A DNA stretch of 39,691 bases, taken from NCBI GenBank assembly GCA_038826015.1, contig JAWBOR010000002.1, forward strand, positions 1 to 39,691, given 5' to 3'. Of the stretch, positions 1 to 8,761 are shown one piece after another (the first letter of the stretch is position 1; each line of letters begins with the position of its first letter). Below the pieces are notes generated by a model. That model had not been told where the DNA came from. It made no database searches and was given only the letters and a program-made list of their open reading frames with translations. Position numbers and translations under genes: made by a program. The DNA is from Candidatus Bathyarchaeia archaeon. Lineage in GTDB: Archaea > Thermoproteota > Bathyarchaeia > Bathyarchaeales > DTEX01.

Positions 1-17
1 GCATATAATTGATTTAG

Positions 18-93
18 TAGCGGGGGGTAGATTTGAACTACCGATCTCTGGGTTATGAGCCCAGCGGGTTAAACCTGGCTACCCCACCCCGCT
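18..93 (-). tRNA. Initiator tRNA-Met (CAT), no intron, CCA not encoded
   Basis: The reverse complement AGCGGGGTGGGGTAGCCAGGTTTAACCCGCTGGGCTCATAACCCAGAGATCGGTAGTTCAAATCTACCCCCCGCTA folds as a cloverleaf with anticodon CAT at 57-55. It has the archaeal initiator hallmarks: A1:U72, three consecutive G:C pairs in the anticodon stem and a purine11:pyrimidine24 pair. The T-loop region reads GTTCAAATC. Confidence 0.96.
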
Positions 94-193
94 TTCTTTT
101 AGATAAATTGAATCATCTGCTGGCGATTATTAGATGTAAAATTTGCTTAAAAAAGTTTACTGAAAGAATAAAATTGTTAATTTAGGACTTGAC

Positions 194-334
194 TCACTCA
201 ATTTTTGACCAAAATGGTCGTTTTCTCATTCTTCTTTCGTCATGAATTTTACATTTGCAAATTAGAATGCCATAAACATTTAGGCCTTGATACTTACATC
301 CGCAGAGTAACATAGTAATCTCATCATTTTCCAT
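194..334 (-). CDS. Possible small Cys/His-rich protein (46 aa, CxC...CxCxxH)
   Basis: ATG at 334 gives MENDEITMLLCGCKYQGLNVYGILICKCKIHDERRMRKRPFWSKIE. The paired CxC motifs plus His are suggestive of metal binding. No family recognised. Confidence 0.25.
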   Translation of the reverse strand: MENDEITMLLCGCKYQGLNVYGILICKCKIHDERRMRKRPFWSKIE

Positions 335-430
335 TCTCCTTTTTTTTAAAGTATGGACTCCTGCTGAGTGGAGCACCAACAGCTATTGGCACTTCATAAA
401 AAATAAATATTATATCAAGTATATGTACAC

Positions 431-979
431 ATGTCAAAAATGGGGAAAGCAACATTTACACCAGTATACATTTCTGTTGCTTGGGCTTTAATGATTACCT
501 ACCAACTATTTACTCAAACAGCTGTCCTCACTTTTATAGCATTTCTTAATACTTTTTGGCCCTCAACAATAAGTGCTTGGCTTTTATCCAAAGTGGATAC
601 AATAATCTTTATTCATGCTTTCGCATGGATCTTCGTCCTGTCATCAGTAATTCCTTCAATCCTTCTCGGAAAAGAAACAAGTGTGCTTATTCAGTTTTTT
701 GTCTGTTTGATCTTGACGGTTTTTTCCTTTTGGATAAAAGATGTTCTGCTTCTTACTACAGAAGGGCACTCTATCGAGGCATTGTTTAGTATGTCTATGT
801 TATTTCAAAATCCACTATTCGCCAGTTTATATTTGTTGGCGCCATATCTTTTTATGCTTTTACTCGACATTCGATCGAGGAGATTAAGAAATCGCGAGAC
901 AGAAGAGCTGATACAAAAAGTGGATATTAATCATTCTAAAAATACCAATACGAAACGTGGGAACAATACCGGAATATAA
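431..979 (+). CDS. Hypothetical integral membrane protein (about 4 TM segments)
   Basis: 182 aa with four long hydrophobic stretches and a charged C-terminal tail. An AT-rich TATA-like tract lies about 20-30 nt upstream and an oligo-T tract lies downstream (about 1010-1021). Confidence 0.75.
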   Translation: MSKMGKATFTPVYISVAWALMITYQLFTQTAVLTFIAFLNTFWPSTISAWLLSKVDTIIFIHAFAWIFVLSSVIPSILLGKETSVLIQFFVCLILTVFSFWIKDVLLLTTEGHSIEALFSMSMLFQNPLFASLYLLAPYLFMLLLDIRSRRLRNRETEELIQKVDINHSKNTNTKRGNNTGI

Positions 980-1054
980 AGTATGTAGGACAGCATCAAC
1001 TTATAGGCAGTTTCTTTTTTTAACAACGGCTTCTATGCATCGGCATAAAAACCT

Positions 1055-1258
1055 CCATGGGAAAACTTTGAAGAGGTATCTTTGGCTTTGCGTTTCACTC
1101 TTTCGCTTCCAATCACAGCTGCAGTAAGCCCAAGCCATGCTGAGCTTCTATAGTGGGCATGCGATGCAGCTGAGCAATTTAAGCCGTTATCGGAGAAGGA
1201 GGCTAAGCAGGTAGCTGAGAGAAGTGAAGGTCTTGAACCGATCTTTCCTATGAAGTAA
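1055..1258 (+). pseudogene. Aldo/keto reductase C-terminal remnant
   Basis: Manual translation gives PWENFEEVSLALRFTLSLPITAAVSPSHAELL*WACDAAEQFKPLSEKEAKQVAERSEGLEPIFPMK*. The 'LALRFTLS.P.TA' and 'FKPLS..E' segments resemble AKR C-termini. There is an internal TAG at 1151-1153, an upstream in-frame TAA at 1046-1048, and no N-terminal barrel. Confidence 0.65.
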
Positions 1259-1277
1259 ACGGATAAGCATAATATCT

Positions 1278-1946
1278 TTATTCCGTTTTCAGTATGTCGG
1301 GTTTGTCGCTCGCTATGCCGTCTACGCCTTTCTTTGCATATTCCAACGCTTCTTCACGCGTGTTTATCGTCCAGACGATTATCCTCAAGCCGTTTTCATG
1401 CGCCTTCTGCACATTAGCCGTATGAACAAAACGGTACAGCGGAAGCAGATAATTTGCTTTCAATTCTAAAGCTGCTTTTATCGGATTTTTGTGTTGAACA
1501 TAGATTAAGCCAGTTTCGACTTCGTTGTTGACTTCTTTAACCCTTCTCAGAGATTCTTCATGAAAGGAAACGATTATTACGTTTTTCTCTAACTTCTTCT
1601 TCTTGATCAGATTTAGCACTTTATCTTCGTAGCCTACTTCTTTTAGTTCTATAATAATCTTCACTTTTTTGTCTAAAAAATCAAGGGCTTCTTCCAAAGT
1701 AGGTATTTTTTCGCCCTTTTCTGTATCAAGCTGTTTTATTTCTCTTAATGTGAGCATGTTGACTAAGCCTTTTCCGTTTGTGGTTTTATCGACTTCCGCA
1801 TCGTGAATAACAACTAATTCGTTATCTTTAGTTCTTCTAACATCCAACTCCACAGCATCAACGCCGAGATCTATAGCTTTCTGGAAGCTCCGCAACGTAT
1901 TCTCGGGTTCATAGGCTCTCGCCCCTCTATGCCCAACTTTCAACAT
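1278..1946 (-). CDS. Glycerophosphodiester phosphodiesterase (GDPD, UgpQ-like)
   Basis: Motifs VGHRGA, PENTL, VELDV, VVIHD, IELK, WTIN and DGIASD. Confidence 0.95.
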   Translation of the reverse strand: MLKVGHRGARAYEPENTLRSFQKAIDLGVDAVELDVRRTKDNELVVIHDAEVDKTTNGKGLVNMLTLREIKQLDTEKGEKIPTLEEALDFLDKKVKIIIELKEVGYEDKVLNLIKKKKLEKNVIIVSFHEESLRRVKEVNNEVETGLIYVQHKNPIKAALELKANYLLPLYRFVHTANVQKAHENGLRIIVWTINTREEALEYAKKGVDGIASDKPDILKTE

Positions 1947-1965
1947 GTTTTCTAGCTACTAAATC

Positions 1966-1988
1966 TGAAACATATATATATAAATTCG
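1966..1988. promoter_or_regulatory. Shared bidirectional TATA element between divergent GDPD and trmO
   Basis: TGAAACATATATATATAAATTCG: an (AT)n tract at 1972-1984 flanked on each strand by a GAA-type BRE-like purine run, about 25-35 nt from both start codons in a 62-bp spacer. Confidence 0.5.
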
Positions 1989-2008
1989 GGCACATGCCAG
2001 AGATCTGA

Positions 2009-2497
2009 GTGATGAAATTGTCAATGATTGAAAAAATTGAGTTAAAACCTATAGGTTTCGTCAAAACGAAGGCTGTTGGAAACAAAGTTAAGGATAGAAG
2101 TGACGTTTCTGAGATAGTTCTCTACGAAGAACTTACAAAAGCCTTAGAGGGCATCGAAGACTTTTCGCATTTATTCATAATATTTTGGATGCACAAAATC
2201 CCAGATAGCGAACGAAGGATACTGAAGGTTCATCCCAGGGGCAGGGTTGACATGCCTCTTCTCGGGGTTTTTGCGACGCGGACGCCGAACCGTCCGAATC
2301 CCATAGGGTTAACATTAGTTGAACTCCTGAAAGTAAAGGGCAACATCTTGACTGTTCGCAGACTTGACGCCTTCGACGGCACACCAGTCTTAGACATAAA
2401 ACCCTTCGATCCATGGGATACGATTCAAAACGCTAAGGTTCCAGAATGGTGGATAAAATTAGAAGAAGAAAAAACAAGACACGAAACTGCCATATGA
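2009..2497 (+). CDS. trmO: tRNA (t6A37)-N6-methyltransferase TrmO/TsaA family (YaeB/AF0241-like)
   Basis: Motifs LKPIG, FSHL..IFWMH, GVFATRTPNRPNPIGLT and LDAFDGTPVLDIKP. The true start may be 2012 or 2024. Confidence 0.9.
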   Translation: MMKLSMIEKIELKPIGFVKTKAVGNKVKDRSDVSEIVLYEELTKALEGIEDFSHLFIIFWMHKIPDSERRILKVHPRGRVDMPLLGVFATRTPNRPNPIGLTLVELLKVKGNILTVRRLDAFDGTPVLDIKPFDPWDTIQNAKVPEWWIKLEEEKTRHETAI

Positions 2498-2514
2498 AGT
2501 TTTCAATAATATTC

Positions 2515-4008
2515 TTATGTTAAGTATTCTAGACGGTATTTCTCATAGAGTTCGTTCTTCAGTTTTTTCAGTTTTTCACTGATTTTTACTGGATAAACCG
2601 CGCTATTTCTGAGTTTCTTGTATTTTTCTGGAAGCATGGAAAGTTGCTTCCTGGAATATTCTCTGATATCTTTCGGCTCTGGAAAATCGTAGACGAACTC
2701 GCCTTTCAATATGATCGGAATCAATAAAGATTGAGCGTCATCTATCTTCTCGTCCCAAAGGGTTATTATATCCTCAAAATATTTTCCATTCTTAAATCGT
2801 CTCCAGGTCTGTTTTCTTCCAGGCAAAGTTGCCTTTTCTTCGCTGCTTGTAAACTTCATTGACGGGACAGGCCTACCAAATTCATCTGTTGTTTCAGCCA
2901 ATTTATAAATACCGTCAAGAGCCGAGATGCCGCCTTCTCTTGTAAGCGAATTATAGTTTGCACCAGTGATCAGTTTAGTTCCAACACCGAACCCATCTAT
3001 CGGCGCCCCTTTCGCTAACATATCAGCTATCACAAACTCGTCAAGGCGGTCACTGGCGAAAATCTTTGCATTTTTTAAACCAGCTTCGTCAAGGATCTCT
3101 CTTGATTTTTTGCTCAATTCAACTGGGTCACCGCTGTCTAATCGGATTCCTGCCAATTCATACCCTTTCTCTTTCAGTTCGCGTCCAATTTTGACAGAAT
3201 TTTTTATGCCTTCAATTGTCTCATAAGTATCAGTGAGGGTAATTGTGTTATGGGGGAAACTTTCTGCGTATTCTCTAAAAGCGAGGGATTCAGAATCTTT
3301 GAATGTTCCTTTGCCTCTGTAACGCTCTTCAATGAATTTATGAGGCATAGTGCCTACATAAGGGATACCCCACATCAAAGAGGCAATAACTAAAGAAGTT
3401 GCGCTTGCTCCACCAATGTAAGCTGCCCTAGCACCTAAAACAGCTGCGTCTCTGCCATGAGCACGCCTAGCACCAAAATCGATGACCGGTCTAGATAAAT
3501 CTGAAGAAAAAACAATCTTGCGACCCAGCGCCGCATACACAATCCTTGAAGTTTTTGTAGCTATTAAGCTTTCAAAATTCATCACATTAAGCAAATACGT
3601 CTCGAAGATTTGCACGTCAATAGAAGGACCAGTTACGTTAATTACAGGTTCATTTGGGAAAACAGGTGTTCCCTCTGGAATTGCATAAACATCTCCTTTA
3701 AACTCGAAGTTTTCAAGATATTCAAGAAATGATTCATCTAAATCCTTGCCAGAAGTTTTCCTAAGCCATTCACGATGCTTTTTACTTAAGCCCCTGTTCA
3801 ATATCTCGATATAGCTGGCAAACTGTTCAAGCCCTGCAACAAGAATGTAGGAACCCAAATACTTAGGGATGTCTCGGAAAAAATAGGTTTCAGTTATCAC
3901 TTGGTTTACTCCATGGTCAAGATTACATTTTCCAGATGTCAGCTCATAATAATCAACAAACAGAAACAAGTCTTCTTCTTTCAAAAGACCAGATATCGGT
4001 CTTCTCAT
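2515..4008 (-). CDS. pncB: Nicotinate phosphoribosyltransferase
   Basis: Motifs DYYELT, DFGARRAHG, GTMPH (phospho-His site), DTY, GIRLDSGD, FGVGT and ALDGIYKL, TLPGRKQ. Start placed at ATG 4008, which follows an AGGTG RBS. The ORF track extends it to 4044. Confidence 0.92.
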   Translation of the reverse strand: MRRPISGLLKEEDLFLFVDYYELTSGKCNLDHGVNQVITETYFFRDIPKYLGSYILVAGLEQFASYIEILNRGLSKKHREWLRKTSGKDLDESFLEYLENFEFKGDVYAIPEGTPVFPNEPVINVTGPSIDVQIFETYLLNVMNFESLIATKTSRIVYAALGRKIVFSSDLSRPVIDFGARRAHGRDAAVLGARAAYIGGASATSLVIASLMWGIPYVGTMPHKFIEERYRGKGTFKDSESLAFREYAESFPHNTITLTDTYETIEGIKNSVKIGRELKEKGYELAGIRLDSGDPVELSKKSREILDEAGLKNAKIFASDRLDEFVIADMLAKGAPIDGFGVGTKLITGANYNSLTREGGISALDGIYKLAETTDEFGRPVPSMKFTSSEEKATLPGRKQTWRRFKNGKYFEDIITLWDEKIDDAQSLLIPIILKGEFVYDFPEPKDIREYSRKQLSMLPEKYKKLRNSAVYPVKISEKLKKLKNELYEKYRLEYLT

Positions 4009-4017
4009 AGTCACACA

Positions 4018-4038
4018 CCTTTTTTTTTTAAAAAAAGG
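4018..4038 (-). terminator. Oligo-T terminator after pdxA, possibly overlapping the pncB TATA box
   Basis: The minus strand reads TGA-ATCC-TTTTTTT-AAAAAAAAAA-GGTG. T7 directly follows the pdxA stop, and TTTTAAAA lies about 20-25 nt upstream of the pncB ATG. Confidence 0.4.
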
Positions 4039-4040
4039 AT

Positions 4041-5075
4041 TCATTGCTTAAGGATTTTCGTCTTCGCCATCTGTGCTGCGAATTTGACAGCCTCGATCAT
4101 GCTTTGTGGATCAGCAGTTCCTTTCCAAGCCTTTCCGAACGCCGTTCCATGGTCGACTGAACTGCGTATTATAGGGAGCCCAATCGTTACGTTTATGCCA
4201 CTTATTGAAGTCCATTCGCCTTTATTCTCATCCCATTTCAAACCCAGCAACTTTATGGGTATGTGTCCTTGATCGTGATACATTGCGATAACGGCGTCAA
4301 AAGCATCCCCTCTTGCCCTAACGAAAACTGTATCAGGAGGTAACGGTCCCACAGCGTTAATTCCTTCTTTTTTCGCTTCCTCAACCGCTGGTGCAATCTC
4401 CTTGATTTCTTCAAAGCCGAAAAGTCCACCTTCTCCTCCGTGAGGGTTTAATCCAGCTACAGCGATCCTAGGTTTCTTTATACCCATGTCATATAAAGCC
4501 TTATTCGTGAGCCTTATTACTTTAAGAACCCGTTCTTTTTTTATCATTTTGCAAGCTTCTCTTAAAGATAAATGTGTTGTGACATGGACAACCCTGAAGG
4601 AATCCACCATAAGCATCATAGCATAATCCTTCGTACGGGTTAGATGCGCCAAAAGTTCAGTGTGCCCTGCATAATTGTATCCGGCCTTGTTCATCGCTTC
4701 TTTATTGATAGGCGCGGTTGCAATGGCATGAATCTCATTTCTCAATGCCAAATCAACAGCTTTCTCAATGTATTGAAAAGCTGCTTTACCAGCCATTGAG
4801 TCGATTTTGCCAGGTTTAAGTGCTTCCAGGTCTACGTTATCTAGGTCAACAACATCTATCGTGCCAAACTCGAATTTTGCCCCTTCTATTTTAAGTATAG
4901 GATTGCCCTTCAGAGTCACGTTAACAATTTTCGCGGCCAGTTCAATAACCTTCGAGTCACCTATAACAACAGGACGACAAATTTCATAGATTTCTTTCAA
5001 TGATAGTGTTTTCACAATTATTTCAGGACCGATGCCTGCAGCGTCGCCCATCGTTATTCCAACAATTGGCTTCAT
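4041..5075 (-). CDS. pdxA: 4-hydroxythreonine-4-phosphate dehydrogenase family (PdxA/PdxA2)
   Basis: Motifs ITMGDAAGIGPEI, TAPINKE, GHTE, VTTH, GLNPH.GE.GLFG.EE, PPDTVF, MYHDQGHIP.K and N.T.GLP.IR.SVDHGTAF. Metal-binding His residues are intact. The ATGA start overlaps the kinase stop. Confidence 0.93.
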   Translation of the reverse strand: MKPIVGITMGDAAGIGPEIIVKTLSLKEIYEICRPVVIGDSKVIELAAKIVNVTLKGNPILKIEGAKFEFGTIDVVDLDNVDLEALKPGKIDSMAGKAAFQYIEKAVDLALRNEIHAIATAPINKEAMNKAGYNYAGHTELLAHLTRTKDYAMMLMVDSFRVVHVTTHLSLREACKMIKKERVLKVIRLTNKALYDMGIKKPRIAVAGLNPHGGEGGLFGFEEIKEIAPAVEEAKKEGINAVGPLPPDTVFVRARGDAFDAVIAMYHDQGHIPIKLLGLKWDENKGEWTSISGINVTIGLPIIRSSVDHGTAFGKAWKGTADPQSMIEAVKFAAQMAKTKILKQ

Positions 5076-6364
5076 TTAATCTCACCGTCCTTCAAATATT
5101 TCATAATCTTCACGAGCGCATATTTATCACCGAACCCGCCGGCTTTGGTAACGACCCGTAATCCTTCATGGTTGCCCCCTAATATTCTACCTAATGGGAC
5201 ACCTGGTAAAATCTCTTTTTCAATTCTGAACCCTTCGGCACCTAGGACTTTCATTGTTCGTGCAGCTGTATCACCGCCTATGAGAATTAAGCCAATAAAC
5301 CTATAATTTTCAATAATCTTTTGGAAACATTCGCTTAGAATTGAAAGAAGTCTATCTCGAATTTCTAATTTGCTCATCCCGCGTTTTTTACTAATCATCT
5401 GAATTTCTGAAACAAGGCTTTTTGATCTAGCTAATCTTATTATGATGTCTTTGCCCTCTACAATAGCCTTTTCTGCTTCGCGCTTAAGATTATCAATTGC
5501 GATATCCCATTTTTCTTTACTCAAAAAGATCCCAAAGATATCTGGCTCAAGCACATTTACACATAACTCTTTTTCCGCGGTTCTTATCTGATTTAACGTA
5601 ACATTGTTCACGCTCCCAGAAACAACAAGCAAACTTGAACCACGTAGTCTCGAAATCAATAAGCGCGAAACCTCTGTTGCCAAGCCCGCAGAACCACAGG
5701 GCAAAATGTTGCAGGCTGCTGAAACTTTTGCGATTGCAGCTAAATCTTCTTGAGTTTCCGCATCACTTACGATTATTTCTTTTCCGGCTTCAATTAGTTT
5801 CTGAATTTCCTTTGTTAATGATTCAAAGTCGCTTCTAACCTTTGACAAGCTTAATTCACCTATCTTTCTTCGAGTTTGATGTTTGATTAAGGTTGCAACA
5901 TGTGATTCTTTTACGGGATTCAATGGGTCTTGGGCAAAGTCAGTTTTTTCTAAGGGCGTATTGTTAACTAATAGGTATCCGTTTATGACTGTTCTGCCTA
6001 ATGCGGGAAAAGATGGCGCCACAAGAATTGCCTTCGCATCCATTTCATCCAGAACCGCGTCGATTTCTGCTCCAATATTTCCTCTAAGAGTCGAATCAAT
6101 CTTTTTATAAACTAATCTGGCACCAGTTTTATTCAAAGCTTTTATAGCTTCTCTTGTCTTCTTATAGGCTATATCAGGAACAACATTCCTACTCTCAGTA
6201 TCTAATACGAGTACATCAAAATCACTTTTTGATTTGTCTAGACGAACTTCAATCGTAAGAATCAATGTTTCCAATCCTAACTTCTTAAACTGAACACCGA
6301 CGTCGCAAGCCCCAGTGAAATCATCAGCAATCACATAGAACAAAGAGGTTTTCTTCCACATCAC
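5072..6364 (-). CDS. DUF1537 four-carbon acid-sugar kinase (DtnK/DenK/YgbK family)
   Basis: Family motifs IADDFTGACD, DTESR, YKKIDSTLRGN, PSFP..GR, GSAGLA, VSGS, GGDTA and VVTKAGGFG. The start overlaps the aroC stop (GTGATG). Confidence 0.92.
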   Translation of the reverse strand: MMWKKTSLFYVIADDFTGACDVGVQFKKLGLETLILTIEVRLDKSKSDFDVLVLDTESRNVVPDIAYKKTREAIKALNKTGARLVYKKIDSTLRGNIGAEIDAVLDEMDAKAILVAPSFPALGRTVINGYLLVNNTPLEKTDFAQDPLNPVKESHVATLIKHQTRRKIGELSLSKVRSDFESLTKEIQKLIEAGKEIIVSDAETQEDLAAIAKVSAACNILPCGSAGLATEVSRLLISRLRGSSLLVVSGSVNNVTLNQIRTAEKELCVNVLEPDIFGIFLSKEKWDIAIDNLKREAEKAIVEGKDIIIRLARSKSLVSEIQMISKKRGMSKLEIRDRLLSILSECFQKIIENYRFIGLILIGGDTAARTMKVLGAEGFRIEKEILPGVPLGRILGGNHEGLRVVTKAGGFGDKYALVKIMKYLKDGEIK

Positions 6365-7470
6365 AGTTTTCTCTTAACAACTTTTGGCATTTTTCCACAT
6401 CTAATTGCATGGTCAGCCAAGGCAAAAGCCAAGCATGATTCTACTACTGGCACAGCTCTAGGGACGATGCATGGATCATGTCTGCCTGTGAGTTCGATTT
6501 CTGTTTCCTCCATTCGGCTTAGGTCAACAGTTTTCTGCCGCTTAGAGATAGAAGACGTCGGCTTAAATGCGACTCTCACAATAATCGGCATACCAGTTGA
6601 GATTCCGCCCAAAATTCCACCAGCGTTATTTGATAACGTAATGACCTCTCCGTTTTTCAAAAAGTATGAGTCATTATTCTCTGACCCTTTCATGGAAGCC
6701 GTTTTAAAGCCAGCTCCGAATTCAACGCCCTTAACGGCTGGAATGTTAAACAACATTTTGGCAATCTCAGAGTCTAAGGAATCAAATATGGGTTCGCCTA
6801 AACCAGCCGGAACGTTTAAAACGATCCCCTCAACTATTCCACCAAGGCTATCTCTCTCTTTTGCCGTTTTAAGTATCTCTTTTTCCATGAGAGCCGCTGT
6901 CTCTGGAACCGCGCACCGGACGGGGTTCAGATAAACGTTTCTACGAATCTCTTCGTATGGGACCTCTCTAAAAACCTTCACATTTCCAATCTGTACAGTG
7001 TGGGCTAATACTTCAACCCCTATTAAACCTAAAAGCTTCTTTGCGATTGCGCCAGCCATAACGTAGGCTGCCGTAACACGGCCTGAAAACCTGCCTCCAC
7101 CTCGATAATCATTGTATCCACCATATTTAACGTAAGCTGGATAGTCTGCATGACCTGGGCGGGGTTTGTCCTTGATTATTTCATAGGGTTTCGAGTCAAC
7201 ATCATAGTTTTTAATAGTCATGCATATAGGTGCGCCCGTGGTGTAACCATTATACACTCCTGAAAGAATCTCGACACGGTCTAGCTCTTTTCTCTTCGTA
7301 CTCGCAGATGTGAAGCCAGGTCTCCGTTTGTTCAATTCTATTTGGACATCGTCTTCAGTTAATCGCAAGCCTGGTGGACATCCATCTATGATTGCTCCTA
7401 TGCAAGAACCGTGGCTTTCGCCGAAACATGTGAACACTAAGGCTTTTCCTATGGAGTTACCGTTCAACAA
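6361..7470 (-). CDS. aroC: Chorismate synthase
   Basis: Motifs FGESHG, RRPG, PRPGHAD, GGGRFSGRVTA, DSLGG, NNAGGILGGISTG, FKPTSSI and GRHDPC. Confidence 0.97.
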   Translation of the reverse strand: MLNGNSIGKALVFTCFGESHGSCIGAIIDGCPPGLRLTEDDVQIELNKRRPGFTSASTKRKELDRVEILSGVYNGYTTGAPICMTIKNYDVDSKPYEIIKDKPRPGHADYPAYVKYGGYNDYRGGGRFSGRVTAAYVMAGAIAKKLLGLIGVEVLAHTVQIGNVKVFREVPYEEIRRNVYLNPVRCAVPETAALMEKEILKTAKERDSLGGIVEGIVLNVPAGLGEPIFDSLDSEIAKMLFNIPAVKGVEFGAGFKTASMKGSENNDSYFLKNGEVITLSNNAGGILGGISTGMPIIVRVAFKPTSSISKRQKTVDLSRMEETEIELTGRHDPCIVPRAVPVVESCLAFALADHAIRCGKMPKVVKRKL

Positions 7471-8761
7471 TATTCCCCCCTAAGGAGCAAATATCATTAA
7501 CAAAATCTGGATAAGACTTATTTATGCATTCAATCCCGTGAACAACTGCATTCCCCGCAGCAGCCAAAGCAGCGACTGTGCACGCCATAGCAATTCTGTG
7601 ATCTCCATGAGAATCAATGTCTGTCCCATGAAGCTTTCTCCCACCTGTAACCTCCAGGTTATCGTTAAATGCGTTAATTATGGCTCCCATCTTAGTTAAC
7701 TCACTGATCAGGGCGTCTATCCGGTCTGATTCCTTGAAACGTAACCGCTTTACTCCCCGAATCACAGATTTTCCCTTTGCTAAACATGCCAATACCACGC
7801 ATATTGGAACTAAATCTGGGTAATCGTGCATATCAATGTTTATAGGGCTCAAACAGTTCTCCACACCTTGAACTTCAATGTGGTTCCTGCCTGTTTTTAT
7901 TTGAACGCCCATTTTTTCAAGTACGTTAACAATTATGCGGTCGCCTTGAAGCGTATCTTCTTTGAGATTTTCCACTTTCAGATGCGAGTTGGTAATTGCT
8001 GCGGCAGCTAAGAGAAAAGCTGCAGAAGAATAGTCGCCTTCTATAAGGTGATTAAATGGAGTATATCGCTGTTTACAAGACACGTGAAACTGCTTGTAAT
8101 CATGGTTAATCTCGATATTTACTCCATGTTTTCGGAGAATATCAACCGTGATTTCTACATAGGGCTTAGATTCCAAAGAAGTGGACAGAACGATGTCTGT
8201 GTCATTTCGAGCCATAGGGGTAGCCAACAATAAACCTGAAACAAACTGGGAGCTCACATCTCCCTGGATTGAAGCTTTCCCTCCTTTTATTCCTCCGCCA
8301 AAGACAACAACGGGCGGATACCCATCCATTCTAGTGGAGTAGCAACGGACGCCGAGCTGCCTCAAAGCATTCAATAGAGGGCCCATAGGCCTTTTACGAA
8401 GGCTCTCCCCGCCTGTTAACACTGAAACCCCGTCAGCTAAGGCGCAGATCGGTGTAAAAAACCGCATCGTTGAGCCTGAGTTTCGACAGTTGATAACATC
8501 TTCAGGCGTAAGAGGCTTAGATACACCATGAACCTTGAATATGTTGTTTTCAGTTTTTTCGATATTTGCGCCTATCATACGACAAGCATCAACCGTAGCC
8601 AAAGTATCATCAGAAATAAGAGCCTCTCTTATCACGGAAAGCCCCTCTGAAAGTGAAGATGCGATGAAAGCTCGATGAGTTTGAGCCTTTGAAGGAGGAG
8701 CCTTAACAGTTCCAGTCAGATTGCTTTTTTCTTTCACAATAAGATCAGTCAAATTTATCAC
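7457..8761 (-). CDS. aroA: EPSP synthase
   Basis: Motifs PPSKAQTHRA, NSGSTMRF, SLRKRPM, SSQFVSGLL, ESKPYV, GDYSSA, LRFKESDRI, DHRIAM and KSYP.F. Confidence 0.97.
   Translation of the reverse strand: MINLTDLIVKEKSNLTGTVKAPPSKAQTHRAFIASSLSEGLSVIREALISDDTLATVDACRMIGANIEKTENNIFKVHGVSKPLTPEDVINCRNSGSTMRFFTPICALADGVSVLTGGESLRKRPMGPLLNALRQLGVRCYSTRMDGYPPVVVFGGGIKGGKASIQGDVSSQFVSGLLLATPMARNDTDIVLSTSLESKPYVEITVDILRKHGVNIEINHDYKQFHVSCKQRYTPFNHLIEGDYSSAAFLLAAAAITNSHLKVENLKEDTLQGDRIIVNVLEKMGVQIKTGRNHIEVQGVENCLSPINIDMHDYPDLVPICVVLACLAKGKSVIRGVKRLRFKESDRIDALISELTKMGAIINAFNDNLEVTGGRKLHGTDIDSHGDHRIAMACTVAALAAAGNAVVHGIECINKSYPDFVNDICSLGGNIVER

Noticed and set aside
1151-1153. In-frame TAG as a pyrrolysine or read-through codon
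   Set aside because: The fragment has no start codon or N-terminal domain and there are no pyl genes in the window. A simple nonsense mutation is more parsimonious.
18-1277. Integrated element at the tRNA
   Set aside because: No integrase or duplicated tRNA 3' end was seen. This flank is the tRNA's 5' side, and the 3' flank is outside the window.
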